Assembly (NCBI GenBank): GCA_964507275.1
Contig: CAZDPG010000001.1
Location: forward strand, 86,503 to 150,502
From: an uncultured Candidatus Saccharibacteria bacterium
Lineage (GTDB): Bacteria; Patescibacteriota; Minisyncoccia; Phycocordibacterales; Phycocordibacteraceae
DNA length: 64,000 nt
Direction of reading: 5' to 3'
Below the pieces are notes generated by a model, which saw only the letters and a program-made list of their open reading frames with translations, did no database searches and had not been told where the DNA came from. Position numbers and translations under genes: made by a program. Of the stretch, positions 1 through 9,127 are shown piece by piece. The stretch's first letter is position 1. Each line of letters starts with the position of its first letter.

Positions 1-621
1 GTCGGGGAGTGGCCGCTGCTGTTCCTGTTTTTCGCGTTGCGCTTTGCATCGTGGTTCAGTCTAGATTTTCTCATGCGTCGCCAGACCATCGCGAAAGAAG
101 AGTACTTGCTGTTCACCAGGGCGTGCTACCGAGAGTTAGGAGGATATGAAGCGTTTAAGAACGATTACCCTATGATATTAGCCTTGTTCAGGGCGGCATT
201 TAAGAAAGGGAAGCATGTCACCATCCTTGACGACGATACGAGGGAAATAACAGCGACGGCGTATGACGGATTCAAGGGAACCCTTAACGGAATCTCAGAG
301 AGAGTGAACTTTCGTCACGTCGGTGTTTTTTCTTTCTTAGGCATTTTTATCGCGATATCTTTCGCTATCGACGGTCTCTTCAAGATGGTGTCTGGTTTCC
401 TGACGGGAGATGGTCTCGCGCTCCTGACGGGGGTCGCGAGCTACCTTATTTTTGCAGGACTCTTCGGCGTGTACCTCGCCATGTCTCGTCAGCCAATCTT
501 CATCGCCGTGTTCGGTCCGCTGCTTGGTTTTAGTTTTCTGATGGCGAGTCTGTTTGCTGCCGTTCGGGCAATATTCGGCGTCTCCCTTCACTGGAAGGGT
601 CGCACGACGAAGGTCCAATAA
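1..621 (+). CDS. membrane protein, 5-prime partial (reading frame open from window edge)
   Basis: Frame 1 is open from nt 1 to TAA at 619-621. The track start at 37 is a TTG. The C-terminal half has about 4 predicted TM helices. No recognisable family. Confidence 0.4.
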   Translation, partial: VGEWPLLFLFFALRFASWFSLDFLMRRQTIAKEEYLLFTRACYRELGGYEAFKNDYPMILALFRAAFKKGKHVTILDDDTREITATAYDGFKGTLNGISERVNFRHVGVFSFLGIFIAISFAIDGLFKMVSGFLTGDGLALLTGVASYLIFAGLFGVYLAMSRQPIFIAVFGPLLGFSFLMASLFAAVRAIFGVSLHWKGRTTKVQ

Positions 622-625
622 CATT

Positions 626-1462
626 ATGATCGAAGACGCTACGTTTAAACATCTCGTATCGCTCAGCAGTCCGAGATTATGGTTTTTCTCAGCAGCAACA
701 TTTCTCCTAGGGGTCGCTATGGGGCTGATGGTCTTTGGGAGTTCATCAGCGGTGGTTCCCACCTGGCATTTCGTCCTGTTTATCTTTTGGGCGATTTCCG
801 TAGGCATGGTGGCCGCGCTTTCGTATGCCCGGGAATCTCCCTCCATCGTCTTTCCCTGGGAGCTTATCGGTAACCTGAAGCATCTTGCGACAGGCACGAG
901 CAGATTGGAGAGAAGCGCGACCATCTCGTCGTTCATAAGCGGTGCCTTCCTGGTGTTGCTTCTCCTGGTTAACCTCGTTTCCCTGGACGGCAAGATATTC
1001 GTGTTGAGTCTCTGTTTGCTCGCCGCAGACTTTATCTATGATTCCCCCTATATCAGGGAACCGTATCGGTCCCGTGTTGCCGCGATGTATGGCGCGGTGC
1101 TGATAATCCCACTGCTTGTTGGGTATGTGTTCAGTACGCATGCCTGGCCGAACCTGGATCTCGTGGCGGCAGGAGTATGCTATGGCATTGCCATGGGAAT
1201 ATATGCGAACGCAGTCAGGGGTGAGTACTTTCTGCCAAAAAACACATCGCTCTATGCCAGTGCTCTCGCAAGTGTTGTATGCGGGTATATTCTTTCTCGG
1301 TACGACGTGTTCTATTCGTTAACCGTGTCCTCACTTCTCGTTGTACTCATACTGAGCGCTCTGGCGAAGGACAGCTCTAAGATGCACAAGATACATGATG
1401 TAGCCTTCTACTTTCATTTTGTGATAGGAACCCTCGTAGGGTTTCATTTCTTCACCGCGTAA
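626..1462 (+). CDS. polytopic membrane protein (UbiA-like topology, no Asp-rich motifs seen)
   Basis: ATG at 626 lies 5 nt after the upstream stop. The product has about 8 hydrophobic helices. The N-terminal SSPRLWFF...LLG pattern is reminiscent of the prenyltransferase fold, but NDxxDxxxD motifs are not found. Confidence 0.4.
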   Translation: MIEDATFKHLVSLSSPRLWFFSAATFLLGVAMGLMVFGSSSAVVPTWHFVLFIFWAISVGMVAALSYARESPSIVFPWELIGNLKHLATGTSRLERSATISSFISGAFLVLLLLVNLVSLDGKIFVLSLCLLAADFIYDSPYIREPYRSRVAAMYGAVLIIPLLVGYVFSTHAWPNLDLVAAGVCYGIAMGIYANAVRGEYFLPKNTSLYASALASVVCGYILSRYDVFYSLTVSSLLVVLILSALAKDSSKMHKIHDVAFYFHFVIGTLVGFHFFTA

Positions 1463-1470
1463 TTCGGCGT

Positions 1471-3087
1471 TTAGACGAGAGTGAACAGTAACAAACCGAG
1501 ACATATCCCAATTAGCAACCAATCGCCCGTCATGTGGTAGAGCGTCGTTCGCGGATGGTTCTCGAAGGTAAAAGAGCTTGTGAGGACACCGTCCTGGCCT
1601 GAATACATCTGAGAGGTTATTGCTCCACGCTGGTTGATGATGGCCGACGGTCCGGATCGGTCGGCTCGGATGACCGGCAGGTTATTTTCCGCAGCCCTGA
1701 ATTGCGCGCTCGCAAGAGTGAATTGGTCGGTCATTTCGTTGGCGAACATGGCATTCGAACCGACCGATAGGAAGATATTCGCTCCCTGTGCGTTCTCTCG
1801 CACGAGCGTGCGTTCGGTGATTTCGGAACAAATGGCACTTCCAAGGCGCATGTTGTCGAGAAGAATCGGTGACTGTTGCTGTGTCGCTCCAGTGATGTCG
1901 CGTCGCGTGGTATAGAACCCTCTATCCTTGGCCCACTGCGGCGTGTAGTCCATGTAGGGGAATACGATCTCTTTGATGTAGGACGCGTGGAGGTATCCGT
2001 TCTGCCAGGCGTGCACGACGTCATGAAGTGTCTCGGCATCGTTTGTCGTATTCCAGGCAACGAACGTTGCGTGGGGTACGGTTTTCGCCACCCACGCAGT
2101 AACACTTGAGAGGGGAGCGGTATCACGGTCGAGCGACACGAGCGTCGAACTTGCACTCAATGTGAAGTCTGCGAGCGCGTAAGGATAGATAATGATATCA
2201 GGCGATGACCGTCTGGCGGACTCAATGAGATCCTCTAATTTCTGGTACTGGAACGTGCCGGCAGCATCAAATGAGCCGAAGGCTCCACCCCACCGGTCGG
2301 CATTCTGTATAAGGGCGACTGAAATTGTCGAGGTCGGTTGGTCATGATGGAGATAATTGTCATGGGCAAAGACGCCAGCACCGAAGAAGACGACCGCACC
2401 GAGAGTACACGCTGCGATAGGAACGCAGTTCAGCATCCGTGTCTTCAAGGGGAGACCTTCATGTTGGAAGAACGTATAGAAAGTAATCGCAATGACCGCG
2501 TTGATAGCAAGGATGACGAATGAAACGAAATGGATACCGCCAATTGCAGATAAACTGACAAAGGAAGATAGTGTGTGGACTGAGAAGGCGAGGATGGAGA
2601 AATCATATCCTCTAGAAAAGAATCCAGATACCATCGTTACGGATACTTCGATAAGCGTGGAGAATAGCGGGAGCGCGAAAGCCAGATACAGAGGTGTCAG
2701 CTCATGAGATTTCTTCAGAAAGGTGATTCCCCTGATAGCGAGGACACCAATACTGCCAGTTATGACTCCACAGAAAAGTGCTAGCGGTAAGGGAAGAAGG
2801 CGCGCCACTGCCTGGAAGAGATGCGCCTCAGGGGTCAACGTAAAGCCAGAGAGGTTCCAGTAGGCGGCAGAAAGAGTAGGAAGGAAACTCACGAGGAATA
2901 TGCCCCAAAATAATGTAGTATGCTGCCCGTGCGTGCGGTATACGAAATAGAAGAATGGCGCGAGTGCCACGAATGCAAACGGCCAGAGATTGAAAGGGTA
3001 AGTGGTAAGTAACAGTAAGAGTGCCGACAGAATCGGGAGGAGTAAATCAAAATTCTTCTTTACTGCAAAGGACAGTCTCGATGTCAT
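1471..3087 (-). CDS. lnt: apolipoprotein N-acyltransferase-like protein (Lnt paralog, distal)
   Basis: N-terminal multi-TM region carries the YPFNLWPFAFVALAP motif (compare E. coli Lnt FSPYDVWPAAI). C-terminal CN-hydrolase domain has AICSEI (catalytic Cys, compare Lnt AICYEI) and GSNAMFAN...AQFRAAENN (compare SNDAWFG...MARMRALE). Its start overlaps the upstream gene stop by 4 nt. Confidence 0.7.
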   Translation of the reverse strand: MTSRLSFAVKKNFDLLLPILSALLLLLTTYPFNLWPFAFVALAPFFYFVYRTHGQHTTLFWGIFLVSFLPTLSAAYWNLSGFTLTPEAHLFQAVARLLPLPLALFCGVITGSIGVLAIRGITFLKKSHELTPLYLAFALPLFSTLIEVSVTMVSGFFSRGYDFSILAFSVHTLSSFVSLSAIGGIHFVSFVILAINAVIAITFYTFFQHEGLPLKTRMLNCVPIAACTLGAVVFFGAGVFAHDNYLHHDQPTSTISVALIQNADRWGGAFGSFDAAGTFQYQKLEDLIESARRSSPDIIIYPYALADFTLSASSTLVSLDRDTAPLSSVTAWVAKTVPHATFVAWNTTNDAETLHDVVHAWQNGYLHASYIKEIVFPYMDYTPQWAKDRGFYTTRRDITGATQQQSPILLDNMRLGSAICSEITERTLVRENAQGANIFLSVGSNAMFANEMTDQFTLASAQFRAAENNLPVIRADRSGPSAIINQRGAITSQMYSGQDGVLTSSFTFENHPRTTLYHMTGDWLLIGICLGLLLFTLV

Positions 3088-4616
3088 AAGACCAAGAGAA
3101 GCAAAGAGATAATCCCGCCAAACACGAACAGGGCATCTCCGGTCAGGCTGTAAAGCGTCTTTCGCGGCTGCTCCTCATACGGGACGTTAGTGACAAACAC
3201 GCCATCTGCTTCATAGGATGTCTTTTGTATGATGCGTCCGTCGGAAGTGATGAATCCAGATGGTCCGAAGCGGTTTGCCCGCACGATGGCGGCATTGTTT
3301 TCAGCTGCCCTGAATTGCGCACTCGCGAGGTCGAACTCTGCGGCAAAACTGTCGCTGAACATTGCGTCAGAGCCTATCGAGAAGAGGATGTTCGCGTGTC
3401 GCGCATTGTTCCGGATAGTCTCTGCAGAGTTAATCTCTGAGCAAACAGCACTCGCGATTCGTGCATCAGAGAACTCGAAGGTCTGCTGCTGCGAATCCCC
3501 CGGGATTTCGTCGACAACGGTGCTGTAGAGACCGATACGCTGCGCCCATTGCGGGGTGTAATCCATGAACGGAAAGAGATTTGTCTTCTGATATGCGCTC
3601 ACGATGCTTCCGTGATGCCAGTACCCTATTTCATTAGAAAAGCCGTCGCTTTTCTCCACAGTGTTCCATGTCACGAGAGTGGTGCTCCCGAGTGTGGTGG
3701 CCGCCCAGGCGCTGAACTCGTCGAGAGGAGCAGTCGCGACAAACGGTGAGGATGACGTGGATGTGGTGAGTATCTCTTTTGATACAGAGAATGGATAGAT
3801 GATGATTGTGGGAACAGGATCTGAATCCCGCGCTTCGCGTATAAGTGATGCAAGTTTGCCGAACGAGAACTCATGTCCCTCGAATGTTCCGAACGCATTC
3901 TGTTGCCGGTCGTTGTTTTGCAGTACCGCGACAGCAACCGTCTGCTCGGTCTGTCCTTGCCTGAGGTACACCGTGTTGGCGAGAAAGAGGGCGATGATGA
4001 CTCCTATAGTGCCCGCCGTCAGGACGAGATAACGCTGTCGCGGGAACGCGACTTCTCCTCGTAAGATAAGTATTAAGAAAGCAACGAATACATTACAAAG
4101 GATCACGATCATCGAGACGGTATGAATACCGCCGAGTGCCGCGAGACTTACGAGGAACGGGATCGAGACAGTCGTATGAGCGAGTATACCGAGATTGTAT
4201 CCACCCGTACCGAACGTAATGAGCCATTCAACAAGTGCCCAGAGCAGGGCGAGTATGAAGATATTCTTCGCGCTCGAGGCCGTGCGCAGTTTCGTGGCAT
4301 AGAGCAGGATTGCTCCGCCAAAAAGCAAGCCTATGGCAAGCGCAATCGGAAGAGATGTCCACCGGATTATCGTCTGGAAGAAGTGCGCCTCGGGGAGCCA
4401 GGTGAAATTCATGACTGTGTCCGACATGAGCGCGAGTGGGAAGAGGAATCCTGTTGTGAAGCCGCTTAGAAATATCCTCGTGTATGCTACCGGATTCTTC
4501 TCCGTGAAATAAATGAGCGGTACGAGCGCGACGAACCCAAGCGGCCAGATATGAAAAGGGTAAAAGCTTACGATAAGAAGCAGCGTCGAGGACAACGGGA
4601 ATAAGAGCCACTTCAT
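3084..4616 (-). CDS. lnt: apolipoprotein N-acyltransferase-like protein (Lnt paralog, proximal)
   Basis: Same architecture as the distal paralog. Motifs are YPFHIWPLGFVALVP, AVCSEI and GSDAMFSD...AQFRAAENN. There are 4-nt ATGA overlaps at both ends (4613-4616 and 3084-3087). Confidence 0.7.
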   Translation of the reverse strand: MKWLLFPLSSTLLLIVSFYPFHIWPLGFVALVPLIYFTEKNPVAYTRIFLSGFTTGFLFPLALMSDTVMNFTWLPEAHFFQTIIRWTSLPIALAIGLLFGGAILLYATKLRTASSAKNIFILALLWALVEWLITFGTGGYNLGILAHTTVSIPFLVSLAALGGIHTVSMIVILCNVFVAFLILILRGEVAFPRQRYLVLTAGTIGVIIALFLANTVYLRQGQTEQTVAVAVLQNNDRQQNAFGTFEGHEFSFGKLASLIREARDSDPVPTIIIYPFSVSKEILTTSTSSSPFVATAPLDEFSAWAATTLGSTTLVTWNTVEKSDGFSNEIGYWHHGSIVSAYQKTNLFPFMDYTPQWAQRIGLYSTVVDEIPGDSQQQTFEFSDARIASAVCSEINSAETIRNNARHANILFSIGSDAMFSDSFAAEFDLASAQFRAAENNAAIVRANRFGPSGFITSDGRIIQKTSYEADGVFVTNVPYEEQPRKTLYSLTGDALFVFGGIISLLLLVL

Positions 4617-5869
4617 GAGAGGTGATTTATGAATCTCTTTAGTTTCGTCGTCTTCGACGAAAGTGCTTCAACGAACTCAACAGTCGGTTCGACAAAAAGC
4701 TTCTTCTCGATAGCGTCGGCAATCGTGACATTCGTACCGACACGAAGTTTCTTGAGAGTGGCTATAATCTGCGGTTGTATGTGGCTCCGAAACGCGTCGG
4801 TGGCAGCGAACCTTGTTTTCTCGATCTCGATGACGATACGGGCAGCTGCTCCATCGGTGGGATGGAAATGAAGCTGATACTGAGTGCCGATGAGAGGAGT
4901 GAGGGGCAGAAAGGCCCTTTCCACGTCTTCGAGAAGGATCTCGATGCCGTTGATACGCAGGCGATCAACATCCTCGCGTCCATACCATGCAAGAGTCGGT
5001 CCGGGGAGGCCGCAGGGACAGGGCGGCAACTCGCTGAAATAGTCACCCGTACGGTAGCGGATGAGTGGGAAGACGGTGTTCTTAAAAGAGGTGATGACGA
5101 GCTCGTTATCGATAAGTTCAGTGACGGCTATGTCGTCATGGATGGTGTGGAAGTAGGACTTCTTCTCGGCGAGCATTTTTTGGCATGGGAAGAAAATGTG
5201 TCGCCCAATCTCTGATGAGCCATACGTATTTGCGAGTGTTGCGTTCGGATAAAGAGAAGCGAGCTCCTCGCGTCGCGCTTCAGTGAGTGTCTCTGAACAG
5301 AGGACAATGAGTCTGATGGCTTCGGTCGAGTAGTGCTCTTTCAGGTGCGGAGCGAGAAGTACTGCGATGGTCGGTGTGGCGTAGAGCGCATCCGGCTCAG
5401 TCTCTTTGGCGATGAGGGCGCTATTAGCAAGATTCTGATAGTCAGCCGAGATGGGGAACACCGGACGCGGCGATTCCTGACACATCTGCACGAACATAGG
5501 ACCGAAGTTCTTGTTGAAGGGAGGATAGGTTACCAGAATCCTGTGTACATCCATACCGAGCGTCGGATCGTACTTGTAGGCATCCAACAGTTTATGGAAC
5601 GAAATGACGGGTTTTGAGCCCGTGGTGCCTGAGGTATAGGCGATAAAGCCAATCTCTCCTTCCGGGGCGTAGAGCCTCGCAAGCGGAGGCGTTTCCTCAA
5701 GCTCTTTGCGGGTGAGAAAGGGGAGCGAGGAGAATTTCTCGGGGTCGAGGATATCCTTTTCGGAGAAACCGGCCGCCACATATTTCTCACGGTAGAAGTT
5801 ACTGAGGGGACTGTGCCATATACGGGACAGTTCTTTCTGGAGAGGTATCTCAGGGTTGGGGAAATACAT
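4613..5869 (-). CDS. adenylate-forming enzyme, PaaK / CapK / coenzyme F390 synthetase-like (ANL superfamily)
   Basis: AMP-binding P-loop YTSGTTGSKP, then YGSSEIG and IRYRTGD motifs. The 418-aa length matches the phenylacetate-CoA ligase-like subfamily. Confidence 0.65.
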   Translation of the reverse strand: MYFPNPEIPLQKELSRIWHSPLSNFYREKYVAAGFSEKDILDPEKFSSLPFLTRKELEETPPLARLYAPEGEIGFIAYTSGTTGSKPVISFHKLLDAYKYDPTLGMDVHRILVTYPPFNKNFGPMFVQMCQESPRPVFPISADYQNLANSALIAKETEPDALYATPTIAVLLAPHLKEHYSTEAIRLIVLCSETLTEARREELASLYPNATLANTYGSSEIGRHIFFPCQKMLAEKKSYFHTIHDDIAVTELIDNELVITSFKNTVFPLIRYRTGDYFSELPPCPCGLPGPTLAWYGREDVDRLRINGIEILLEDVERAFLPLTPLIGTQYQLHFHPTDGAAARIVIEIEKTRFAATDAFRSHIQPQIIATLKKLRVGTNVTIADAIEKKLFVEPTVEFVEALSSKTTKLKRFINHLS

Positions 5870-5941
5870 GATTCTGACGGATGCCGGTCATTATAACGCA
5901 TGACCTTCCAAGAATTATGGACGTATGGTAGGATGGCCGGA

Positions 5942-6193
5942 ATGAAAGCAGATATACATCCGAACGATTATCGCCAGGTCATATTCGAGGATATGGCTTC
6001 CGGCGCGCGTTTCCTCATCGGTTCGACGGTTCACACGACCGAGACCGCTCTCTGGGACGATAAGAAAGAGTACCCGAAGCTCACGGTAGAAATTTCTTCG
6101 CAGTCGCACCCATTCTATACCGGCGAAGAGCGCACGCTCGATAAGGCAGGTCGTGTGGAGAAGTTCAAACAGCGCGCCGCAGCAAAAAAGTAA
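5942..6193 (+). CDS. rpmE: 50S ribosomal protein L31, type B (no Cys motifs)
   Basis: MKADIHPNDY...HPFYTG. Start taken at the internal ATG giving the canonical MKxDIHP N-terminus. Confidence 0.8.
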   Translation: MKADIHPNDYRQVIFEDMASGARFLIGSTVHTTETALWDDKKEYPKLTVEISSQSHPFYTGEERTLDKAGRVEKFKQRAAAKK

Positions 6194-6196
6194 GAG

Positions 6197-6232
6197 CAGA
6201 AAAATCGGACACCAAGTGTCCGATTTTTCTGC
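6197..6232. terminator. intrinsic terminator hairpin after rpmE
   Basis: GAAAAATCGGACAC-CAAGT-GTCCGATTTTTC is a perfect 14-bp stem flanked by A-runs and T-runs. Confidence 0.6.
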
Positions 6233-6244
6233 TATCCTGCCCCT

Positions 6245-7204
6245 ATGGAATATTCTCCTGAATTCAAGAAGAACTTCGCAACCGCGTATCTCGCGGAGGA
6301 GTACGAGCGCCTCATGAAGGAGGCGGCTGAGGGAGTCGAGGCAGCGGGCGATGACGCTGATCTCGCGCGAATGGCAGAAGAGGATAGCGCACGCATCCGT
6401 GCGCGCCAAGCAGACATTTTGACAGAAATTGCCCAGATCCTAGCGAAGGAGAAAGAGCAGGAAGATACCGCGGCGCCAATATCGGTTGTGATGGAGTTGC
6501 GTGCGGGGACCGGCGGAGATGAAGCGTCCATTTTCGCGCACGAGCTGAAGGATATGTATCAGAAATATGCCGAGCGCCGCGGATGGAAAACGCGCATCAT
6601 CGACGATCTGACGCTCGAAGTTGCCGGGGACGGTGCATACGACGCGCTCCGCTACGAGACGGGTGTGCACCGGGTGCAGCGTGTACCGCTCACCGAGAAG
6701 TCAGGCCGTATTCATACATCGACCGCTTCTATCGCTGTGCTCCCGATACGCGCGAAGCCGAAGTTCAACGTCAATCCGACCGATATCGATATGGAATTCT
6801 CTCGCAGTGGTGGCGCAGGCGGACAGAACGTGAACAAGGTGGAAACCGCTGTGCGGCTCATCCACAAGCCGACCGGTATCGACGTGCGTTCGTCTTCCGA
6901 GCGCAGCCAGCTCGGGAACCGCGAGAAAGCGATGCAGATACTCTGCGCGAAACTCGAGCAATTGCACGAAGAGGAGGAGGCGCGCAAGCATGCGGCCGAG
7001 CGCAAGTCCCAGATCGGCACCGGCGACCGTTCCGAGAAGATCCGTACCTATAATTATCTCCAGGATCGCATCACGGATCACCGGTTGAAGGAGTCCTGGC
7101 ACAATCTGCCAAAAATCATGCTGGGCGACCTCGATAGCATCATCGAATCGCTCAGCTCTGCCGTCGCGAATGGCGGGATAGGAGAAGCGTCCTCGGACGA
7201 ATGA
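6245..7204 (+). CDS. prfA: peptide chain release factor 1
   Basis: GGQ motif [16 protein letters not shown]. PxT-type tripeptide region [14 protein letters not shown]. Confidence 0.9.
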   Translation: MEYSPEFKKNFATAYLAEEYERLMKEAAEGVEAAGDDADLARMAEEDSARIRARQADILTEIAQILAKEKEQEDTAAPISVVMELRAGTGGDEASIFAHELKDMYQKYAERRGWKTRIIDDLTLEVAGDGAYDALRYETGVHRVQRVPLTEKSGRIHTSTASIAVLPIRAKPKFNVNPTDIDMEFSRSGGAGGQNVNKVETAVRLIHKPTGIDVRSSSERSQLGNREKAMQILCAKLEQLHEEEEARKHAAERKSQIGTGDRSEKIRTYNYLQDRITDHRLKESWHNLPKIMLGDLDSIIESLSSAVANGGIGEASSDE

Positions 7205-7250
7205 CGCCAGCGCTTGCATCCCGGTCACTATTCAGGTACAGTAGCTGGAA

Positions 7251-7949
7251 ATGACCGGTATAACCGACACGGCAGGACTGAAGCGCCTCTTCGACACAGG
7301 GGCGCATTTCGCGCAGGTGAAAGCGCGCCGTCACCCATCCATGAAGCCGTTCCTCGTAGGCACGAAGGGCCGCCAGGAGATCATCGATCTCGCGAAGACC
7401 TCTGAGCAGCTCGAGGCTGCAAAGAGTGTCATGGAGACGCTCGCAAAGGAAGGGAAGACCATCCTCTTCGTCGGCGGGAAAGTCGAAGTCGCCGCGATTG
7501 TGAAGAAAGCAGCGCAGGATATCAACGCGCCGTACGTCGCGACACGCTGGCTCGGCGGGACCATTTCCAACTGGGTTGAAATCAAGAAGCGTATTGACCG
7601 CCTCGCGGAGCTTTCTGATACGGGAGCGGCTGGTGCTATGGCGAAGCAGCACACGAAACTCGAGCTCGTGATGATGGATCGCGAGAAGAAGCGTCTTGAG
7701 GAGCGCCTCGACGGCATCACGACGCTCACGAAGCGTCCGGATGTCTTGCTCGTCGTCGACACCAAGCATGAGAAGTACGCGGTCAAGGAGGCGAATGAAG
7801 CAGGCATTCCGATCATTGCGCTCATGAGCTCGGATTGCAACTTCAAAGAGGTCGCGTATCCGATTGTCGCAAATGACGCATCGCGCGAGACTGTGCGGCT
7901 CGTGCTCGGAGAGCTCGTCGAAGCGTTCAAGAAGGGACAGGTTGCGTAA
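7251..7949 (+). CDS. rpsB: 30S ribosomal protein S2
   Basis: GAHFAQVKARRHPSMKPFL, ATRWLGGTISNW and IPIIALMSSDCN align to S2. Confidence 0.9.
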   Translation: MTGITDTAGLKRLFDTGAHFAQVKARRHPSMKPFLVGTKGRQEIIDLAKTSEQLEAAKSVMETLAKEGKTILFVGGKVEVAAIVKKAAQDINAPYVATRWLGGTISNWVEIKKRIDRLAELSDTGAAGAMAKQHTKLELVMMDREKKRLEERLDGITTLTKRPDVLLVVDTKHEKYAVKEANEAGIPIIALMSSDCNFKEVAYPIVANDASRETVRLVLGELVEAFKKGQVA

Positions 7950-8036
7950 CTTCATTACCAAACCTCGTTTGCCGCGAGCAGGCGACGTCTAGTGCGCTTC
8001 CGCTACAATTTTACGTGTTACTATTTTACGATACCT

Positions 8037-8621
8037 ATGGAAATTACGACTGAAATCATCAAGGAATTGCGAGATAAGACTGGCGTTTCTATTATGCAGT
8101 GCAAGAAGGCTCTCGAGGAGGCGGCCGGCGATCTGGCGCAGGCAGAAGTAATACTCAGAAGGCACTCGGCTGCTTCTGCCGAGAAGAAAGCAGACCGCGA
8201 GCTTGCCGCAGGCGCTATCGGGAGCTACGTCCATGACGGTGCGGTCGGCGCTATGGTGCTCCTCTCCTGCGAGACTGACTTCGTCGCTAAGAACCCGGAG
8301 TTCATCGCGCTTGCTCGCGAGCTCGCGATGCAGGTCGCTGCAACGAATCCTTCGTATGCGACGGTCGATGATGTGCCGCAGGATGCGAAGGATGCCGCAA
8401 CCGCCGTCTTCGAGAAGGAAGTCGTTGGCAAGCCTGCCGATATGCAGGCAAAGATACTCGAAGGCAAGCTCTCGAGTTACTTCTCCGATCAAGTTCTGCT
8501 TGAGCAGGCGTTCATCAAGGACGAGAGCAAGACGATACATGGTCTCCTGAACGAGGCGACGCAAAAGTTCGGAGAGCGCGTCCTCATAAGCCGCTTCGCG
8601 CGCCTCTCCACGCGCTCGTAA
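8037..8621 (+). CDS. tsf: elongation factor Ts (short, 195 aa)
   Basis: N-terminal UBA-like ITTEIIKELRDKTGVSIMQCKKALEEA and core CETDFVAKNPEF. Start set at the internal ATG giving MEITTE. Gene order rpsB-tsf is conserved. Confidence 0.85.
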   Translation: MEITTEIIKELRDKTGVSIMQCKKALEEAAGDLAQAEVILRRHSAASAEKKADRELAAGAIGSYVHDGAVGAMVLLSCETDFVAKNPEFIALARELAMQVAATNPSYATVDDVPQDAKDAATAVFEKEVVGKPADMQAKILEGKLSSYFSDQVLLEQAFIKDESKTIHGLLNEATQKFGERVLISRFARLSTRS

Positions 8622-8627
8622 CTCTCC

Positions 8628-9041
8628 GTGGCGAACCTCATCTCGCTATCGATCGCGCTCGCACTCCTCGCCGGATTCATCGCACTTACGCGTTATGAGG
8701 CGAAACGGGGAGTCCGTTTCTTCGCGGCCAAGCGAACATGGCTCGATGAGGGAATCGAACGTATCGAGTTCATCGTGGAGCATGTCGACCTCATAGCGTT
8801 CGCTCGGGACGAAGTGCGCCACGCGATGACCCGTCTCGGGCATGCAATCGCACATCTCTCGCTGCAGGCGGTGCGCTCGGCGGAACGTCTGCTTACCCGC
8901 CTCGTGCGCTATCTGCGCGTGCAGCATGAGGACGAGGTCGCACCGCGCGAGACCGCCCGAGAATTCGTGAAGACCCTTTCCGAATTCAAGGATGGCCTGA
9001 ACGCGACGCATCCCGATATTGATTCGCTTGAGGTAAAATAG
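8628..9041 (+). CDS. hypothetical membrane-anchored coiled-coil protein
   Basis: N-terminal TM (LISLSIALALLAGFIAL) followed by a charged helical region. No family recognised. Confidence 0.4.
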   Translation: MANLISLSIALALLAGFIALTRYEAKRGVRFFAAKRTWLDEGIERIEFIVEHVDLIAFARDEVRHAMTRLGHAIAHLSLQAVRSAERLLTRLVRYLRVQHEDEVAPRETAREFVKTLSEFKDGLNATHPDIDSLEVK

Positions 9042-9049
9042 AGAAGTAA

Positions 9050-9125
9050 GCCGGAGTAGCTCAGTTGGTAGAGCAACTCACTTGTAATGAGTAGGTCGTC
9101 GGTCCGAATCCGACCTCCGGCTCCA
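9050..9125 (+). tRNA. tRNA-Thr (anticodon UGU)
   Basis: 76-nt cloverleaf read by hand. Acceptor GCCGGAG/CTCCGGC, D arm GCTC-AGTTGGTA-GAGC, anticodon arm ACTCA-CTTGTAA-TGAGT, T arm GTCGG-TCCGAAT-CCGAC, encoded CCA. The T-loop reads TCC rather than canonical TTC. Confidence 0.8.
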
Positions 9126-9127
9126 AA

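Noticed and set aside
626-1462. Possible UbiA-family prenyltransferase assignment for the 278-aa membrane protein.
   Set aside because: Topology and the SPRLW...LLG N-terminus are suggestive, but neither Asp-rich motif (NDxxDxxxD / DxxxD) is present. Kept as a generic membrane protein.
7152-7961. Long antisense ORFs in the six-frame track. The 269-aa ORF at 7152-7961 is opposite rpsB. Others lie opposite real genes: 14728-15906 (gyrB), 29631-31187 (smc), 37451-38401 and 38453-39415 (rpoB), 42307-43032 (rpoC), 47300-48160 and 48860-49897 (helicase), 26588-27466 (rnhB), 12246-13106 (pheT), 61482-62222 (FAD oxidase), 11042-11785 (pheS).
   Set aside because: Each lies fully antisense to a gene with unambiguous conserved motifs. 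Their products are low-complexity Arg/Ala/Ser-rich, as expected for stop-poor reverse frames in GC-rich DNA.
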